A stretch of 64,000 nt of DNA from Patescibacteria group bacterium UBA5147 (GCA_002415345.1 DHXV01000001.1:484111-548110), one strand, 5' to 3'; positions 9,298 to 19,154 are shown, counted from the first letter of the stretch. The notes: generated by a model from the letters alone, not told the origin. Made by a program: numbers and translations.

Positions 9298-9648
9298 ATG
9301 GCAACCTACTCTCTTATCAGTGACCAAATATCCCTTAGTCCCTTGGACGTCCACCTTTTGGTGTCCCTGCTTGATGGACGGAGCAACGGCTATGATCTGA
9401 CGCGCTCGTGCGAGATCCGCATGGCACGCACCACACCCCTGAATACGAGCAATATCTATAAATCCCTCAAATCGATGCAAAAGTTGATGCTGGTAGCCTC
9501 TGTTGCCAGTAAATCCGCCGACCGCCGCCAAAAGACCATTTACCGCATTAGTTCACTCGGTAGGATGGTGCTTGAGCAGGAGATTGCGGAGCAGGCTCGA
9601 TTTGTCGGCATAGCTCAAGCCTTGCTCGGCGAGACTAAGAAGAACTAA
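9298..9648 (+). CDS. PadR-family transcriptional regulator
   Basis: Winged-helix PadR-like sequence (LLVSLLDGRSNGYDL...). Leaderless-type start. Confidence 0.75.
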   Translation: MATYSLISDQISLSPLDVHLLVSLLDGRSNGYDLTRSCEIRMARTTPLNTSNIYKSLKSMQKLMLVASVASKSADRRQKTIYRISSLGRMVLEQEIAEQARFVGIAQALLGETKKN

Positions 9649-9676
9649 ACCCAGACCCCGCTAATCGAACAAATCT

Positions 9677-9705
9677 AAAAGACCACCTTTCGGGGGCGGT
9701 CTTTT
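9677..9705. terminator. Bidirectional terminator between padR and rplT
   Basis: AAAAGACCACC-tttcg-GGGGCGGTCTTTT, an imperfect hairpin with A/T tracts on both sides. Confidence 0.5.
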
Positions 9706-9727
9706 AGATAATAGGGGGACGCGGAGC

Positions 9728-10078
9728 CTATTTGGAGGCTTTGGCTGCCTTAACCACGGCCTCAAAGGCCTTGGGCTCATTTACGGCCAATTCAGCTAGG
9801 ATCTTGCGGTCCAAGGTGATGCTGGCTTTCTTGAGGCTGCCGATGAAGGCGGAATAGGACATTCCGAACTGGCTGACGCCGGCGTTGATGCGGGTAATCC
9901 ATAGGGCGCGGAAGTCGCGCTTCTTGTTACGGCGGTCACGATACTGGTATGACAGCGCCTTGATGATGGCCTGACGGGCCATTTTGATGCTTGAGCGGCG
10001 GACCAGGCTGTAGCCTTTGGTCTGCTCACGCAGTCGCTTGTGCTTCTTGTGGGTGGTAACCCCTCGCTTAACGCGCAT
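9728..10078 (-). CDS. rplT: 50S ribosomal protein L20
   Basis: [16 protein letters not shown]...[20 protein letters not shown] is canonical L20. Confidence 0.9.
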   Translation of the reverse strand: MRVKRGVTTHKKHKRLREQTKGYSLVRRSSIKMARQAIIKALSYQYRDRRNKKRDFRALWITRINAGVSQFGMSYSAFIGSLKKASITLDRKILAELAVNEPKAFEAVVKAAKASK

Positions 10079-10274
10079 TGTAGTTTCCTAACATCTTCTT
10101 AACATTGGCGTGGTCGCCGGCTGAAATCTCAAACTCTTTAACGTAGGTACGCTTAAGGGTGTTCGACTTGTGGCCGAGCAGGTGATTGCGGTTGGCTTTA
10201 CGGTGCAGCAGTTTGCCGGTACCGGAAATCTTAATCCGCTTGGCCATTCCTTTGTGGGTCTTAATCTTTGGCAT
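10068..10274 (-). CDS. rpmI: 50S ribosomal protein L35
   Basis: [21 protein letters not shown]. The supplied track labels this ORF '+', but the peptide is only obtained from the minus strand (ATG is the reverse complement of 10272-10274, TAA of 10068-10070). Confidence 0.85.
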   Translation of the reverse strand: MPKIKTHKGMAKRIKISGTGKLLHRKANRNHLLGHKSNTLKRTYVKEFEISAGDHANVKKMLGNYNAR

Positions 10275-10764
10275 CTTTTCGTGTCCCTATAATCATATTT
10301 AGATCGCGGCCCGTCATAATGGGGGCCTGTTCTTGAACGGCGACGTCGCTCATGGTTTCCATGACGCGGTCAATAATGGCTCGGCCAAGTTGCGGCCTGG
10401 AGATTTCACGCCCGCGGAAGCGCAGGCTGATCTTTACTTTGTCGCCTTGAGCCAAGAATTTACGAGCTCGGTTGAGCTTAACGTCCAAGTCGTGCTGGCC
10501 GATTTTGAGGCCGATCCGCACTTCTTTGATTTCAACCTGCTTTTGGTTCTTGCGGCTCTTAGCCAGCTGCTTGCCCTGCTCGTAGCGGTACTTACCCCAA
10601 TCGAGAATCTTAGCTACCGGCGGCTCGGCGTTAGGAGCGATCTCGGCCAAATCCAAACCCGCTTCAGCTGCAGCATCGAGGGCCTCACTGAGGCTGACGA
10701 CACCAAGTTGAGAACCGTCGGCACCAACCAATCGCACGGACTGGGCAGTAATTTCGCGGTTCAA
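10261..10764 (-). CDS. infC: Translation initiation factor IF-3
   Basis: [14 protein letters not shown]...[24 protein letters not shown]. Sits in the classic infC-rpmI-rplT operon order. Confidence 0.85.
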   Translation of the reverse strand: MNREITAQSVRLVGADGSQLGVVSLSEALDAAAEAGLDLAEIAPNAEPPVAKILDWGKYRYEQGKQLAKSRKNQKQVEIKEVRIGLKIGQHDLDVKLNRARKFLAQGDKVKISLRFRGREISRPQLGRAIIDRVMETMSDVAVQEQAPIMTGRDLNMIIGTRKDAKD

Positions 10765-10842
10765 ACGGATTTTATTGATTCTGACGTCTCCTTACAAAAG
10801 CTCCCAAGTAATATACCAGTAATTTTACCCTCGGTCAACGAT

Positions 10843-11715
10843 TTATCCGCGCAGCGCCGTTGAGGCTTTTTCGGTGATGAAGCGGACGCGACGATTGGTC
10901 AAGCGGATGGCGATCGGCGTGCGCCCAGTGACCTTACCGTCCACCATGATACCCGTGGGAGGCGTCGTTTCAATGACGATGTGCTTCGCCAGGAAGCGGC
11001 TGGTGGCGGTTTCTTCGAGCGGGGAGGTGCCGTAACGCAGTAGTTGCCAGAGGTAACTGCCGAGCTGGCGGGTACCAGGTCGGTCGCTAAGGCTGATTAC
11101 GAGCCGGTCATCAGCCAACGGGTTAAGGAACTTCTGGTTGGCGATGGAAAGGGAAAACAGGTCGCAGTCAACCTTCATCGTGCCGTCGATGATCAGCTTG
11201 GCGCGCAGGGTAGTAAAGCCGCGGGCATAGCCCAGACTTTGCCGCAGCTGAATCAGGCGCGCCCTGATCCCTGGCTTACTGGTATCGACGGTCTTATCCA
11301 GGTCGGTTTCAAAGCCCATGGTGAGTGTGGACAGGAAAAACTTTTGGCCGGCGGCAATCAGACCGTATGAAGTCAAACGTCGGGCCGCCAGTACCTCGCA
11401 GCCCTGTTGCCAGCTGGTAATACCCAGTTGTCCGGCCAGACGGTTAACATCGCCGGTCGGGATGATCCCGACGGCCACGGCGCTGTTACCGAGCCCGTTG
11501 ATAACCTCATTAACCGTGTCATCGCCGCCGACCGCCACGATGGTGGTGTGGCCGCTGGCCACGGCGGCGGCAGTCATGTTGGTGGCTTCGCCCGGACCGG
11601 TTGTCTTGGCCCATTCGCCGCGAATGCCCAGCTCATCGAGCTTCAGGCGGATCTTGTCCTGCAGGGCCTTGTTATAACCGCGCCCGGCCGCTGGATTTAC
11701 GATGTAATAATACAT
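10843..11715 (-). CDS. Diacylglycerol kinase-family lipid kinase (DAGK_cat, YegS/BmrU-like)
   Basis: MYYYIVNPAAGRG...TIVAVGGDDTVNEV...GIIPTGDVN. Confidence 0.8.
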   Translation of the reverse strand: MYYYIVNPAAGRGYNKALQDKIRLKLDELGIRGEWAKTTGPGEATNMTAAAVASGHTTIVAVGGDDTVNEVINGLGNSAVAVGIIPTGDVNRLAGQLGITSWQQGCEVLAARRLTSYGLIAAGQKFFLSTLTMGFETDLDKTVDTSKPGIRARLIQLRQSLGYARGFTTLRAKLIIDGTMKVDCDLFSLSIANQKFLNPLADDRLVISLSDRPGTRQLGSYLWQLLRYGTSPLEETATSRFLAKHIVIETTPPTGIMVDGKVTGRTPIAIRLTNRRVRFITEKASTALRG

Positions 11716-11736
11716 GCTGCTATGCCTTTGCTGACG

Positions 11737-12126
11737 CTATTTGGCGTCGGTTTCCTCAATTGGCGGGCCGAGCTTGGGCGGTACCTCCATGCGGCTGCGG
11801 CCTAAAAAGATTCCCCCGGAGGTAATCGCCAAACTGAAGGCCGAAATGTCGCCGACGACCCGTCCGGTTTCGCGGATTACGGCCTCGCCGATGGCGGTGA
11901 TATTGCCCTCGAGAACTCCGGCCACCGTCACGTTATGACCGCCGATCTTACCTTTGACGACCGCGTTGGCACCCAACGTAACGTCGCCGGCCGCTTTGAC
12001 GTCGCCGGTAAGCGTGCCGTCGATGATGACGTCACCTTCGCTTGAGAGGTTGCCTTCGGCCACTACCCCGGATCCGATGATGGTATCGGCTCCCATAACC
12101 CCCAGAACATCATCGCGTCGTGCCAT
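11737..12126 (-). CDS. Bactofilin (DUF583) cytoskeletal protein
   Basis: Repetitive beta-helix pattern GDV.IDGTLTGDVKAAGDVTLGANAVVKGKI. Confidence 0.75.
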   Translation of the reverse strand: MARRDDVLGVMGADTIIGSGVVAEGNLSSEGDVIIDGTLTGDVKAAGDVTLGANAVVKGKIGGHNVTVAGVLEGNITAIGEAVIRETGRVVGDISAFSLAITSGGIFLGRSRMEVPPKLGPPIEETDAK

Positions 12127-12127
12127 C

Positions 12128-12625
12128 TTATGCCTCCTCGGTTAATTGCGGAACGCGCTTTTCGGCCAAGCCTAAGGCCTGCTTCTCTTCAACTGACAGG
12201 GTGTGCTTGCTCTTGCCGAAGTCGATTGGCTTTACATACACCCGCGTGCCTTCGCGGCCGTGGATGCTGGTCAGAACGTAGCCGGAGTTGTGGGCGTCCA
12301 ACACGGCCAGCACAAAGCTTTGGTCGCCGCCGGTGTCGCCGAACGGGTTGAATCGCACGATGGCGATTTTTTGTGAGGCCAGGCTGTTTGAAACGGCCAG
12401 CCGCTCGTAGTCGGCATCGAGCTCCCCAAGCCGCTTGTCGACCGTCTCGACCCGCGCCAGGTGTTTAACCAACGTCATTTCGAGCGAATCGGCACTGGTT
12501 CCTCCTAAAGCTGCTTCAAACCTTTGGCTTAAGCGTCGGAATAATATCAGGGCGATGGTGGCCGTAGCGACGGCCAAGACTGCAATAACAAGCGAAATTA
12601 TTTCCACGTCACATCCTTTAAACAA
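12128..12625 (-). CDS. DUF4446-like membrane-anchored protein
   Basis: N-terminal TM followed by RFNPFGDTGGDQSFVLAVLD. Stop/start adjacent to the bactofilin gene. Confidence 0.55.
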   Translation of the reverse strand: MFKGCDVEIISLVIAVLAVATATIALILFRRLSQRFEAALGGTSADSLEMTLVKHLARVETVDKRLGELDADYERLAVSNSLASQKIAIVRFNPFGDTGGDQSFVLAVLDAHNSGYVLTSIHGREGTRVYVKPIDFGKSKHTLSVEEKQALGLAEKRVPQLTEEA

Positions 12626-12717
12626 TTGAGTTCAAGTATAGGGTGGATAGGCGCTTTGAGGCAAACGCCCGAGGTCGGTGAGGCTGAACGCTGGTGCCTT
12701 ATGCTACAATATCGGCA

Positions 12718-12999
12718 ATGACAAAGAAGAAGCATCAACCAAAGAAGCATACGTTCAAACACGCTGCACCAGCGGCCGCTCCGGTGACGGGCAGCGCGAC
12801 AGCGGCTCCCCAGACCTCGGCAACAGCAACGAGCCGTTCTGCGGCGGTCATCGATACGCGTGATTTCAGTTATGTGAACCATGATTTGAGACGCGTCATG
12901 ATCTTCGCCGCCAGCCTGATTATTCTTGAGCTCGCGTTGTGGCTTGCTATGGACTACACCGTTCTCGGCAGCATCGTTTACGGTCTCATCAAACTGTAA
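12718..12999 (+). CDS. Small membrane protein (93 aa)
   Basis: TGCTACAAT extended -10 box lies 7 nt before the ATG (leaderless). C-terminal hydrophobic helix. Confidence 0.4.
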   Translation: MTKKKHQPKKHTFKHAAPAAAPVTGSATAAPQTSATATSRSAAVIDTRDFSYVNHDLRRVMIFAASLIILELALWLAMDYTVLGSIVYGLIKL

Positions 13000-14511
13000 T
13001 CAGCCCCTGGCCCGATATTGGAGCGCCTCGGTGAAGTGTTGCCGGCTTATCTTTTGTACGCCCGCCAAATCGGCGATGGTGCGGGCTACCTTCAGGGTCC
13101 GACTATATCCTCGCGCCGACAGCCCCAAATTATTCATCGCCGTCCTGGCCAAAATCTTGGTTGCCGGGTCGAGTTGGCAATATTGATCGATATGGTGCGG
13201 CGTGAGCTGGCAATTGAGTTGGATATCAGGCTCCGAGCTGTAGCGACGGCGTTGCACGTCACGGGCGCGCCCGACCCGCTCCGCCACGAGGACAGTCGGT
13301 TCAGCGGCCGGCTTATCTATTAGCAAGTCGGTTCGAACGCGGGCAACCTCGACCACTAGGTCGATCCGGTCTAAAAACGGCCCTGATAAGCGGTGCTGGT
13401 AACGCGAGATTTCTCCGGAGGTGCAGCTGCATTTCTTGTGCGAATCGCCGGCATAGCCGCAGGGGCAGGGGTTTCTGGTTCCCACCAGCATGAACTGCGC
13501 CGGGAAGGTGGAGGCATGACTGGCGCGGGACACCGTCACGCTGCCGTCTTCCAGCGGCTGCCGCAGCACCTCGAGTACCGCCCGGGGAAACTCGGGCAGC
13601 TCATCAAGAAACAGGATGCCGCGGTGGCTCAAGCTGATTTCGCCGGGTTTTGGATGGGTACCCCCGCCGATCAGGGCGACACTCGAGGCAGTGTGGTGCG
13701 GGGAGCGAAAGGGGCGTCTGGATATGATTCCATCAAAATTGAGGCCAGCCAAGCTATAGATACGTGTGACTTCAACCATCTCGTCGAACTCCAAGGGCGG
13801 CAATAACCCGACCATGGCCTTGGCCAGCAAAGATTTACCCGCTCCGGGTGGGCCTGACAATATCAGGTTATGACCCCCGGCAGCAGCTATCTCCGCGGCC
13901 CGCTTAGGCATGTCCTGGCCGGAAATACTGCTCATATCAACCATAGCTTCAGGGGCGATAAGTGGCACTATTGTAGTTTTACTTACAACGGTTATGCTTA
14001 ACCCTCCGCTCAAATGCCGGTAAAGTTCGGCCAGGCTTGCTACCGGATACACCAGGGTATCCCCGACCAAGGCGGCCTCCATAGAATTTTCAGCGGGTAC
14101 GAAGATACGCTTGAACGCGGAGGATTGGGCCAGCTGGGCGGCCAGCAGGGCGCCCCGCACCGGCCTGACCGTGCCATCCAGCGCCAGTTCGCCCAGAAAC
14201 AGGCAGCTGCGGATTGACTCCGCGCTCAGCTGGCCGCTGGCCACCAGCACCGCCACGGCCAGCCCTAAGTCGTAGCCAGTGCCGTCTTTGGGGAGATCGG
14301 CCGGGGCGAGGTTGAGCGTCAGTCGTTTTTGGGGCAGGATGAGACCGCTGTTACGAATGGCGCTGCGCACGCGTTCCCGGGCTTCCTCGACCGCTTTGTC
14401 GGCTAGCCCCACTACGACGAAGCCGGGGAGACCGTTGGCCATATCGCACTCAATCTCAATCAGCCGGCCGTCCAGGCTGAAGAGGGCAGGGGCATAAACT
14501 TTCGAAAGCAT
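13000..14511 (-). CDS. comM: YifB/ComM-family Mg-chelatase-like AAA+ ATPase
   Basis: MLSKVYAPALFSLDG start with AGGA RBS. Lon-like N-domain, Walker A ILSGPPGAGKS, and a C-terminal ChlI-like domain. Confidence 0.85.
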   Translation of the reverse strand: MLSKVYAPALFSLDGRLIEIECDMANGLPGFVVVGLADKAVEEARERVRSAIRNSGLILPQKRLTLNLAPADLPKDGTGYDLGLAVAVLVASGQLSAESIRSCLFLGELALDGTVRPVRGALLAAQLAQSSAFKRIFVPAENSMEAALVGDTLVYPVASLAELYRHLSGGLSITVVSKTTIVPLIAPEAMVDMSSISGQDMPKRAAEIAAAGGHNLILSGPPGAGKSLLAKAMVGLLPPLEFDEMVEVTRIYSLAGLNFDGIISRRPFRSPHHTASSVALIGGGTHPKPGEISLSHRGILFLDELPEFPRAVLEVLRQPLEDGSVTVSRASHASTFPAQFMLVGTRNPCPCGYAGDSHKKCSCTSGEISRYQHRLSGPFLDRIDLVVEVARVRTDLLIDKPAAEPTVLVAERVGRARDVQRRRYSSEPDIQLNCQLTPHHIDQYCQLDPATKILARTAMNNLGLSARGYSRTLKVARTIADLAGVQKISRQHFTEALQYRARG

Positions 14512-14609
14512 GACAACGCATCCTGTTAGGTACCTAGTGATAATACCGAACATAGACCGAATGTCAAAGTTCCGCCATATTTTTTGCACTTTTTTGTTGT
14601 CAATGGTTA

Positions 14610-14647
14610 TTGACTTACTTACCTAACTAATCTATACTGCCCCCATG
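14610..14647 (+). promoter_or_regulatory. Sigma70-type promoter of the trmB-like gene, leaderless
   Basis: TTGACT, a 17-nt spacer, TATACT, then 6 nt to ATG 14645. Confidence 0.6.
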
Positions 14648-15433
14648 AACGAACAAGAACTTATCTCCCATATCGAAGAAATCGGCCTCAGCAACAAAGA
14701 GGCCAAGGTTTACGTTGCCTGCCTCAAGACCGGTCCATCACCCGTCCAGCGTATTGCCGACCAGTCTGGAATTAAGCGCGTAACCACCTATGTGATTTTA
14801 GAGTCACTAGTTGGGTTGGGCCTGGTATCCCAAAGCGTAAAAGGCAAGAAGACCTACTTCATCGCCGAAGAGCCTTCTAACTTAAGCCGTCTGCTGGAAA
14901 AGCGTGAGCTGGAACTTAACGATCAAAAAGCTAACTTCGAGCAGGTCTTGCCTGAGCTTTTGAGCTTGAAAACTCTGCCAAAAGAGAGTCCTAACGTTAA
15001 GTATTATGATGGTGCCGATGGTATCAAATCGGTTATGAGTACGTTTTTAGCTGCGCATAAAAATGAAGTCGCCGACGGTATTTACGGAATCAGCAATTTA
15101 GATCAGCTGTATGCATTCTTCCCCGAGTTTCGTACAAGCTCATCTAACCCGACGCGCGTGCGTCAAGGCGTGAAGAGCAAGATTATATACAACTTCAAAG
15201 ATGGTCCGGTGTTTCGAGACTCGGATGCCGAAAAGAATCGTGAATCTCGATGGGTCCCCGATGATCTCTTTCCCTTGAACGGTGATATTAACATAGTAGG
15301 GGATCACATTATCCTACTCTCCTTGACCGGCTCGAGCCCGATCGCTGTAACAATCGACAGTCATGAGCTAGCAACTGGACTGATCGGGTTCTTTAAGTTA
15401 GCTTGGGTAGCTGCCCAGCCCTATAATAAGTAG
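14645..15433 (+). CDS. TrmB-family transcriptional regulator
   Basis: N-terminal HTH (LSNKEAKVYVACLKTGPSPVQRIADQSGIKRVTTYVILESL) plus a C-terminal sugar-binding-like domain. Confidence 0.7.
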   Translation: MNEQELISHIEEIGLSNKEAKVYVACLKTGPSPVQRIADQSGIKRVTTYVILESLVGLGLVSQSVKGKKTYFIAEEPSNLSRLLEKRELELNDQKANFEQVLPELLSLKTLPKESPNVKYYDGADGIKSVMSTFLAAHKNEVADGIYGISNLDQLYAFFPEFRTSSSNPTRVRQGVKSKIIYNFKDGPVFRDSDAEKNRESRWVPDDLFPLNGDINIVGDHIILLSLTGSSPIAVTIDSHELATGLIGFFKLAWVAAQPYNK

Positions 15434-16006
15434 CCATTAGTGGTCATTTGGCAATTATAGTGTTGACTTAGAGTGTATAAGGTGTTAAGTTTGTTAGGCT
15501 TTGGTACCCGATGTGCCTTAGCCTGGCCTCGACTACTTCAGACGAGGGTTCAGTTCCAGCTAGGCAGTGCGTTAGGAGAAGGCGATGTCCACATGACTTC
15601 CATGCAGACACCAACTTCCGGATCCCTGCCAGAGAAGGTGTAGCTGATAGGCTCACCTCTGGTACAGGGACCCGGTCAATCAGTCTCCGTCGCCTCTGAC
15701 CGGGTCGCTCGGAGATAACCGGGGCAATGGTTTAGCGACCATAGTCCCAGCGGCGGCGTCGGCTCAGCTTGGCCTCGGTCGGTTGAGCCGGCACCGTTTG
15801 CATCCCACCTACAACATATTTATTTCATCGCAATCGCGGGAATAAATCGCACCTTGTACAACCGTTCATAACCATCCCACGGGATTCCATATCCCGAACC
15901 ATTCCCCAGTATCACCCTCAGTCTACGGACCAAGATGTGAACTGGGGTTTTCGCTTGTTCATTACCAAGCTCAGCTCTGATTAATGGTGTAGCAATTATC
16001 CGACAT

Positions 16007-16033
16007 CCCCTAAGTATGCTAGAAGGGGTTTTT
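16007..16033 (+). terminator. Intrinsic terminator (plus-strand oriented) overlapping the stop codon of the convergent GT4 gene
   Basis: CCCC-taagtatgctagaa-GGGG followed by TTTTT. Confidence 0.55.
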
Positions 16034-17317
16034 GATTCCAAGTAGCGGCAAACGCTGACGCGGACGTGGCTTGTGGTGTTTAACTGTGTCCTCGTAGAGG
16101 GCGATTAGCTGCTCAGCCTGGTTCTTTACGCCGTAGCCGTCGGCCAGCTTGATGCTCTGCTGACCCATGCGCTGGCGGCGGGCCGGGTCTCCCAGGACTT
16201 CCAGAATCTGATTAGCCAAACCGCGGGCGCTGTTGCGGGCGAAGATGCCGTTTTTTCCATTACGGACCACTTCTGTGACATCGCGGTCAATCATGACGAT
16301 TGGCAGGCCGGCTCTGGCCGCTTCATTTAAGACCAGGCCTTGAGTCTCACTGAGAGAAGGGAAGGCAAAGACCGTCGCGAGGGCGTAGATTGCGCCAAGA
16401 GCCAGATGGTCGATAAATCCGGTGAAAATAATACGATCTGCGTAAGGACTGGCAGCACCTTGCCGCACAAAATCATCGATGTCTTCGCCGATACCTACAA
16501 GTATTAGCTTGGCGTGCTCGTCGCGCTGGGCGATGATATCGAACGAGCTGATTAAGAGGCCGACGTTCTTTTCGGTGCCCATACGACCCACGAACAACAC
16601 CACGTGGTCATCTATTGTAATGCCATATTGCTGGCGCCGCTTGGTGATATTCTCCTCAGTTGTAGTAATCTTGTCTACACCTGTAGGCAAAACGACAATC
16701 TTCGTCTTTGTTTTCCAGCCTGTCAGTTGTTGTTTGATTTTTTTAGACGGTGATATGACGACGTCGCAGTGGTTATGGATCATCGTTACGCTGCGGGCGA
16801 CGATCTTCTGGTTCCATTTGTCGATGCTGCTCTCAGGCTTGATTGAGCTCAGACCCGTGCGGAATTCGTCCATGCCGCCGCCGGTTATGGCCGGAACCAG
16901 CATCGACAGCGCGATGGTGCCCGGCAAGACGGCCGGGTAGTGTTTAACGTATTCAAATAAGTCGGTGTGGTAGGTTGTGACTAGTGGAATATCGTGACGT
17001 AGGGCAAAAAACGCCCCCAGCAAGCCTAATTGGCCCGGGGTGTGGTAATGAATGATGTCCAGTTTAAGCTTTTCGAGCTTTCGTTCTGCTTGAGGCGGAA
17101 AAAAGATGCTTGTCAGGTAGTCGTCAAAGAAGAGGCCCTTAACCGCCGGGAACCGGATGATTCGCTTAGATGGCTCTTTGAACCTAAGATTCGGCCGCGC
17201 CGTAATCACGTACACTTCATGACCCATTGCTTCAAGTTCGGTGCGGAAACTCTCAATGGAAAAAGCGATGCCGTCCGCCCGGGGTAAGTAGTTGTCGCTG
17301 AAAAATCCTATTCTCAT
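16019..17317 (-). CDS. Glycosyltransferase family 4
   Basis: GT-B fold with the MRIGFFSDNYLPRADG N-terminus and an EG..VLEA.A.G.P motif. ATGA overlap with the upstream GT4. Confidence 0.8.
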   Translation of the reverse strand: MRIGFFSDNYLPRADGIAFSIESFRTELEAMGHEVYVITARPNLRFKEPSKRIIRFPAVKGLFFDDYLTSIFFPPQAERKLEKLKLDIIHYHTPGQLGLLGAFFALRHDIPLVTTYHTDLFEYVKHYPAVLPGTIALSMLVPAITGGGMDEFRTGLSSIKPESSIDKWNQKIVARSVTMIHNHCDVVISPSKKIKQQLTGWKTKTKIVVLPTGVDKITTTEENITKRRQQYGITIDDHVVLFVGRMGTEKNVGLLISSFDIIAQRDEHAKLILVGIGEDIDDFVRQGAASPYADRIIFTGFIDHLALGAIYALATVFAFPSLSETQGLVLNEAARAGLPIVMIDRDVTEVVRNGKNGIFARNSARGLANQILEVLGDPARRQRMGQQSIKLADGYGVKNQAEQLIALYEDTVKHHKPRPRQRLPLLGIKNPF

Positions 17318-18498
17318 GCTGTCTTTCCGGCTTCGAGAATGGTGCGTTTGTAGGCGGTTTCGTAAGCCTCAAACATGTGATTAGTGCTGTGAGACGACTG
17401 AACAATAGAAATACTCTTGGCACCAAAACGTTTCTGCAAAGCCTTATCCTCCAAAATAATCATTAATTTCTGAGCCATAACCTTAAAATCGTCCTTCGGG
17501 AACAAGTAACCGTTCCTGCCGTCATGACAGAGCTCCGCCAGGGCGGCCACATCAACTGCCACCACCGGCAGGCCGCTCGCCATGGCTTCCAATGTCACGA
17601 TGCTCTGTAACTCGGCCGGTGACGAGATGGCAAAAACCGTGGCGGTGTTGTAAATAAGTGGTTTGTCGGCCTCGTCGATGAAGCCGGTAAAGACAACGTC
17701 TCCGGCTATGCCCAAACGTTTGGCCTGGGCCTTGAGCGCGCCGGTCGCTTTGCCATACCCAACCAGTACGAGCTGCGCCGACACGCCGGCTTGCTTAATC
17801 TGACCCATGGCCGCAACCAGCAGATCTAAGCGCTTTTCACCGTCAAGACGACCGACATACAACACCACGGGGCGGTCGGTGGCTACGCCATATTTGGCAG
17901 CCACGGCGTCAGCATCCTGGCCGGGTATGAACACCGCGGTATCAATGCCGTTGGTAATCGCTTCCGACGGTACCTTGAGGCCGTGATCCAATAGCAGTTT
18001 CACCGCCGTGGGCGTCGGCGAAGTCACATAGTCGGCGCGGTTATGGAACCATACCAAAAAGCTCCAGGTCAACCGTTCCAGCGGGGTGTTGATTATTTCC
18101 GGCAGTTTGAGGTTGAGCGTGAGGTTCTCGGGCATGAAATGATTAGTGGCGATTACCGGTATCTGCATGCGATGCGCCCAGAACATTGTTGCAAGCCCCA
18201 TCCAGTAGCAGTTATGGATATGTATGACCTCCGGCCGGTCGCGCAAAATTACCTGCCTGGCCTTCAGGAAAGGGAACAGGCTCACTTTGTACTTGGTATT
18301 CGCCCATAGGGTCACGCCGCGCTCCCGGTGGATGAGGCTGCCTGCGTCCTGCTCGTCGTAGCTGGCAAAGCGGGGAGCTGGCGCCCACACCGTCACCTTA
18401 TGGCCACGACCGATGAGGCCATGAACCAGGCGCCGTTCAAACAGGGCGCCGCCGTCGGCATTGGGCCAATAACTCTCGGTCACAAGAAGCACGTTCAT
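17314..18498 (-). CDS. Glycosyltransferase family 4
   Basis: MNVLLVTESYWPNADGGA start with a TATAAT -10 box 7 nt upstream (leaderless). GT4 C-terminal motifs. Confidence 0.8.
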   Translation of the reverse strand: MNVLLVTESYWPNADGGALFERRLVHGLIGRGHKVTVWAPAPRFASYDEQDAGSLIHRERGVTLWANTKYKVSLFPFLKARQVILRDRPEVIHIHNCYWMGLATMFWAHRMQIPVIATNHFMPENLTLNLKLPEIINTPLERLTWSFLVWFHNRADYVTSPTPTAVKLLLDHGLKVPSEAITNGIDTAVFIPGQDADAVAAKYGVATDRPVVLYVGRLDGEKRLDLLVAAMGQIKQAGVSAQLVLVGYGKATGALKAQAKRLGIAGDVVFTGFIDEADKPLIYNTATVFAISSPAELQSIVTLEAMASGLPVVAVDVAALAELCHDGRNGYLFPKDDFKVMAQKLMIILEDKALQKRFGAKSISIVQSSHSTNHMFEAYETAYKRTILEAGKTA

Positions 18499-18584
18499 TA
18501 AGCCGATTATACCGCATACGCTCAAAGCAAACAAAAGCAGGCAGCCTGACCCTCCTCATGCTGCCTGCTTACCGTCAAATCAAG

Positions 18585-18950
18585 TTACTGTTCGGGCGCT
18601 TCATCCTCGTTGAGGTTGTTGTATTTCTCTCTGATTTTCTCACCCGTGGTCATATCTTCTCCCGAGGCTGACTTGTCTTCAAAGTCGCTGCCGGGATCGT
18701 CCATGCCGGCCGGTTCAGTCATGGGATCAGCCTCATCCAGGGTCTCTCGGAAGTCTTCGTCGGGGGCGGCCTCGACAACTGGCTCCAAATCATCTTCATC
18801 CTCATCGGCTTCGTCTGAGACCACATCGGCGTCCGTATCCGCCATCACCGGTTCGTCCTCATCATCACGCGATATCTTCTCTCCGAATGAATCGCGGTAG
18901 AATGACTGGTCATCATCACGGTCTAATTTATTGTCTAGTTCTTCATCCAT
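18585..18950 (-). CDS. Small, extremely acidic (D/E-rich) protein, predicted disordered
   Basis: AAGGAGG RBS 6 nt before ATG (MDEELDNK...). More than 40% Asp+Glu residues. Confidence 0.5.
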   Translation of the reverse strand: MDEELDNKLDRDDDQSFYRDSFGEKISRDDEDEPVMADTDADVVSDEADEDEDDLEPVVEAAPDEDFRETLDEADPMTEPAGMDDPGSDFEDKSASGEDMTTGEKIREKYNNLNEDEAPEQ

Positions 18951-19109
18951 GATATCCTCCTTGGCTACATTATCGATGCTACGCCCCACTCCAGGTGGCT
19001 GATACCGCCAACATTACAATTACGCCCCATGGCATTTATCCAATTTTGGGTAAATCGTCGTGTTTATTACAACAATTCTTATGCTTATGGCCTTAAAAGA
19101 CCCCTCCAA

Positions 19110-19138
19110 TTGATGCCCCAGGCGACAAATGATATAAT
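19110..19138 (+). promoter_or_regulatory. ssrA promoter
   Basis: TTGATG, a 17-nt spacer, TATAAT. The predicted TSS is about 10 nt before the mature tmRNA 5' end, implying a processed leader. Confidence 0.55.
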
Positions 19139-19154
19139 GCGGAGGTACGTATAT

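Noticed and set aside
10068-10274. Track labels the L35 ORF as plus strand
   Set aside because: The MPKIK...NYNAR peptide can only be read from the minus strand (ATG is the reverse complement of 10272-10274). I annotated it as a minus-strand gene in the infC-rpmI-rplT operon.
15440-16035. tmRNA or tRNA-like element in the 590-bp intergenic region
   Set aside because: Candidate GGGG starts lack a matching 3' acceptor strand and CCA, and the only T-arm-like hairpin has a non-canonical loop. The real ssrA is at 19155-19532.
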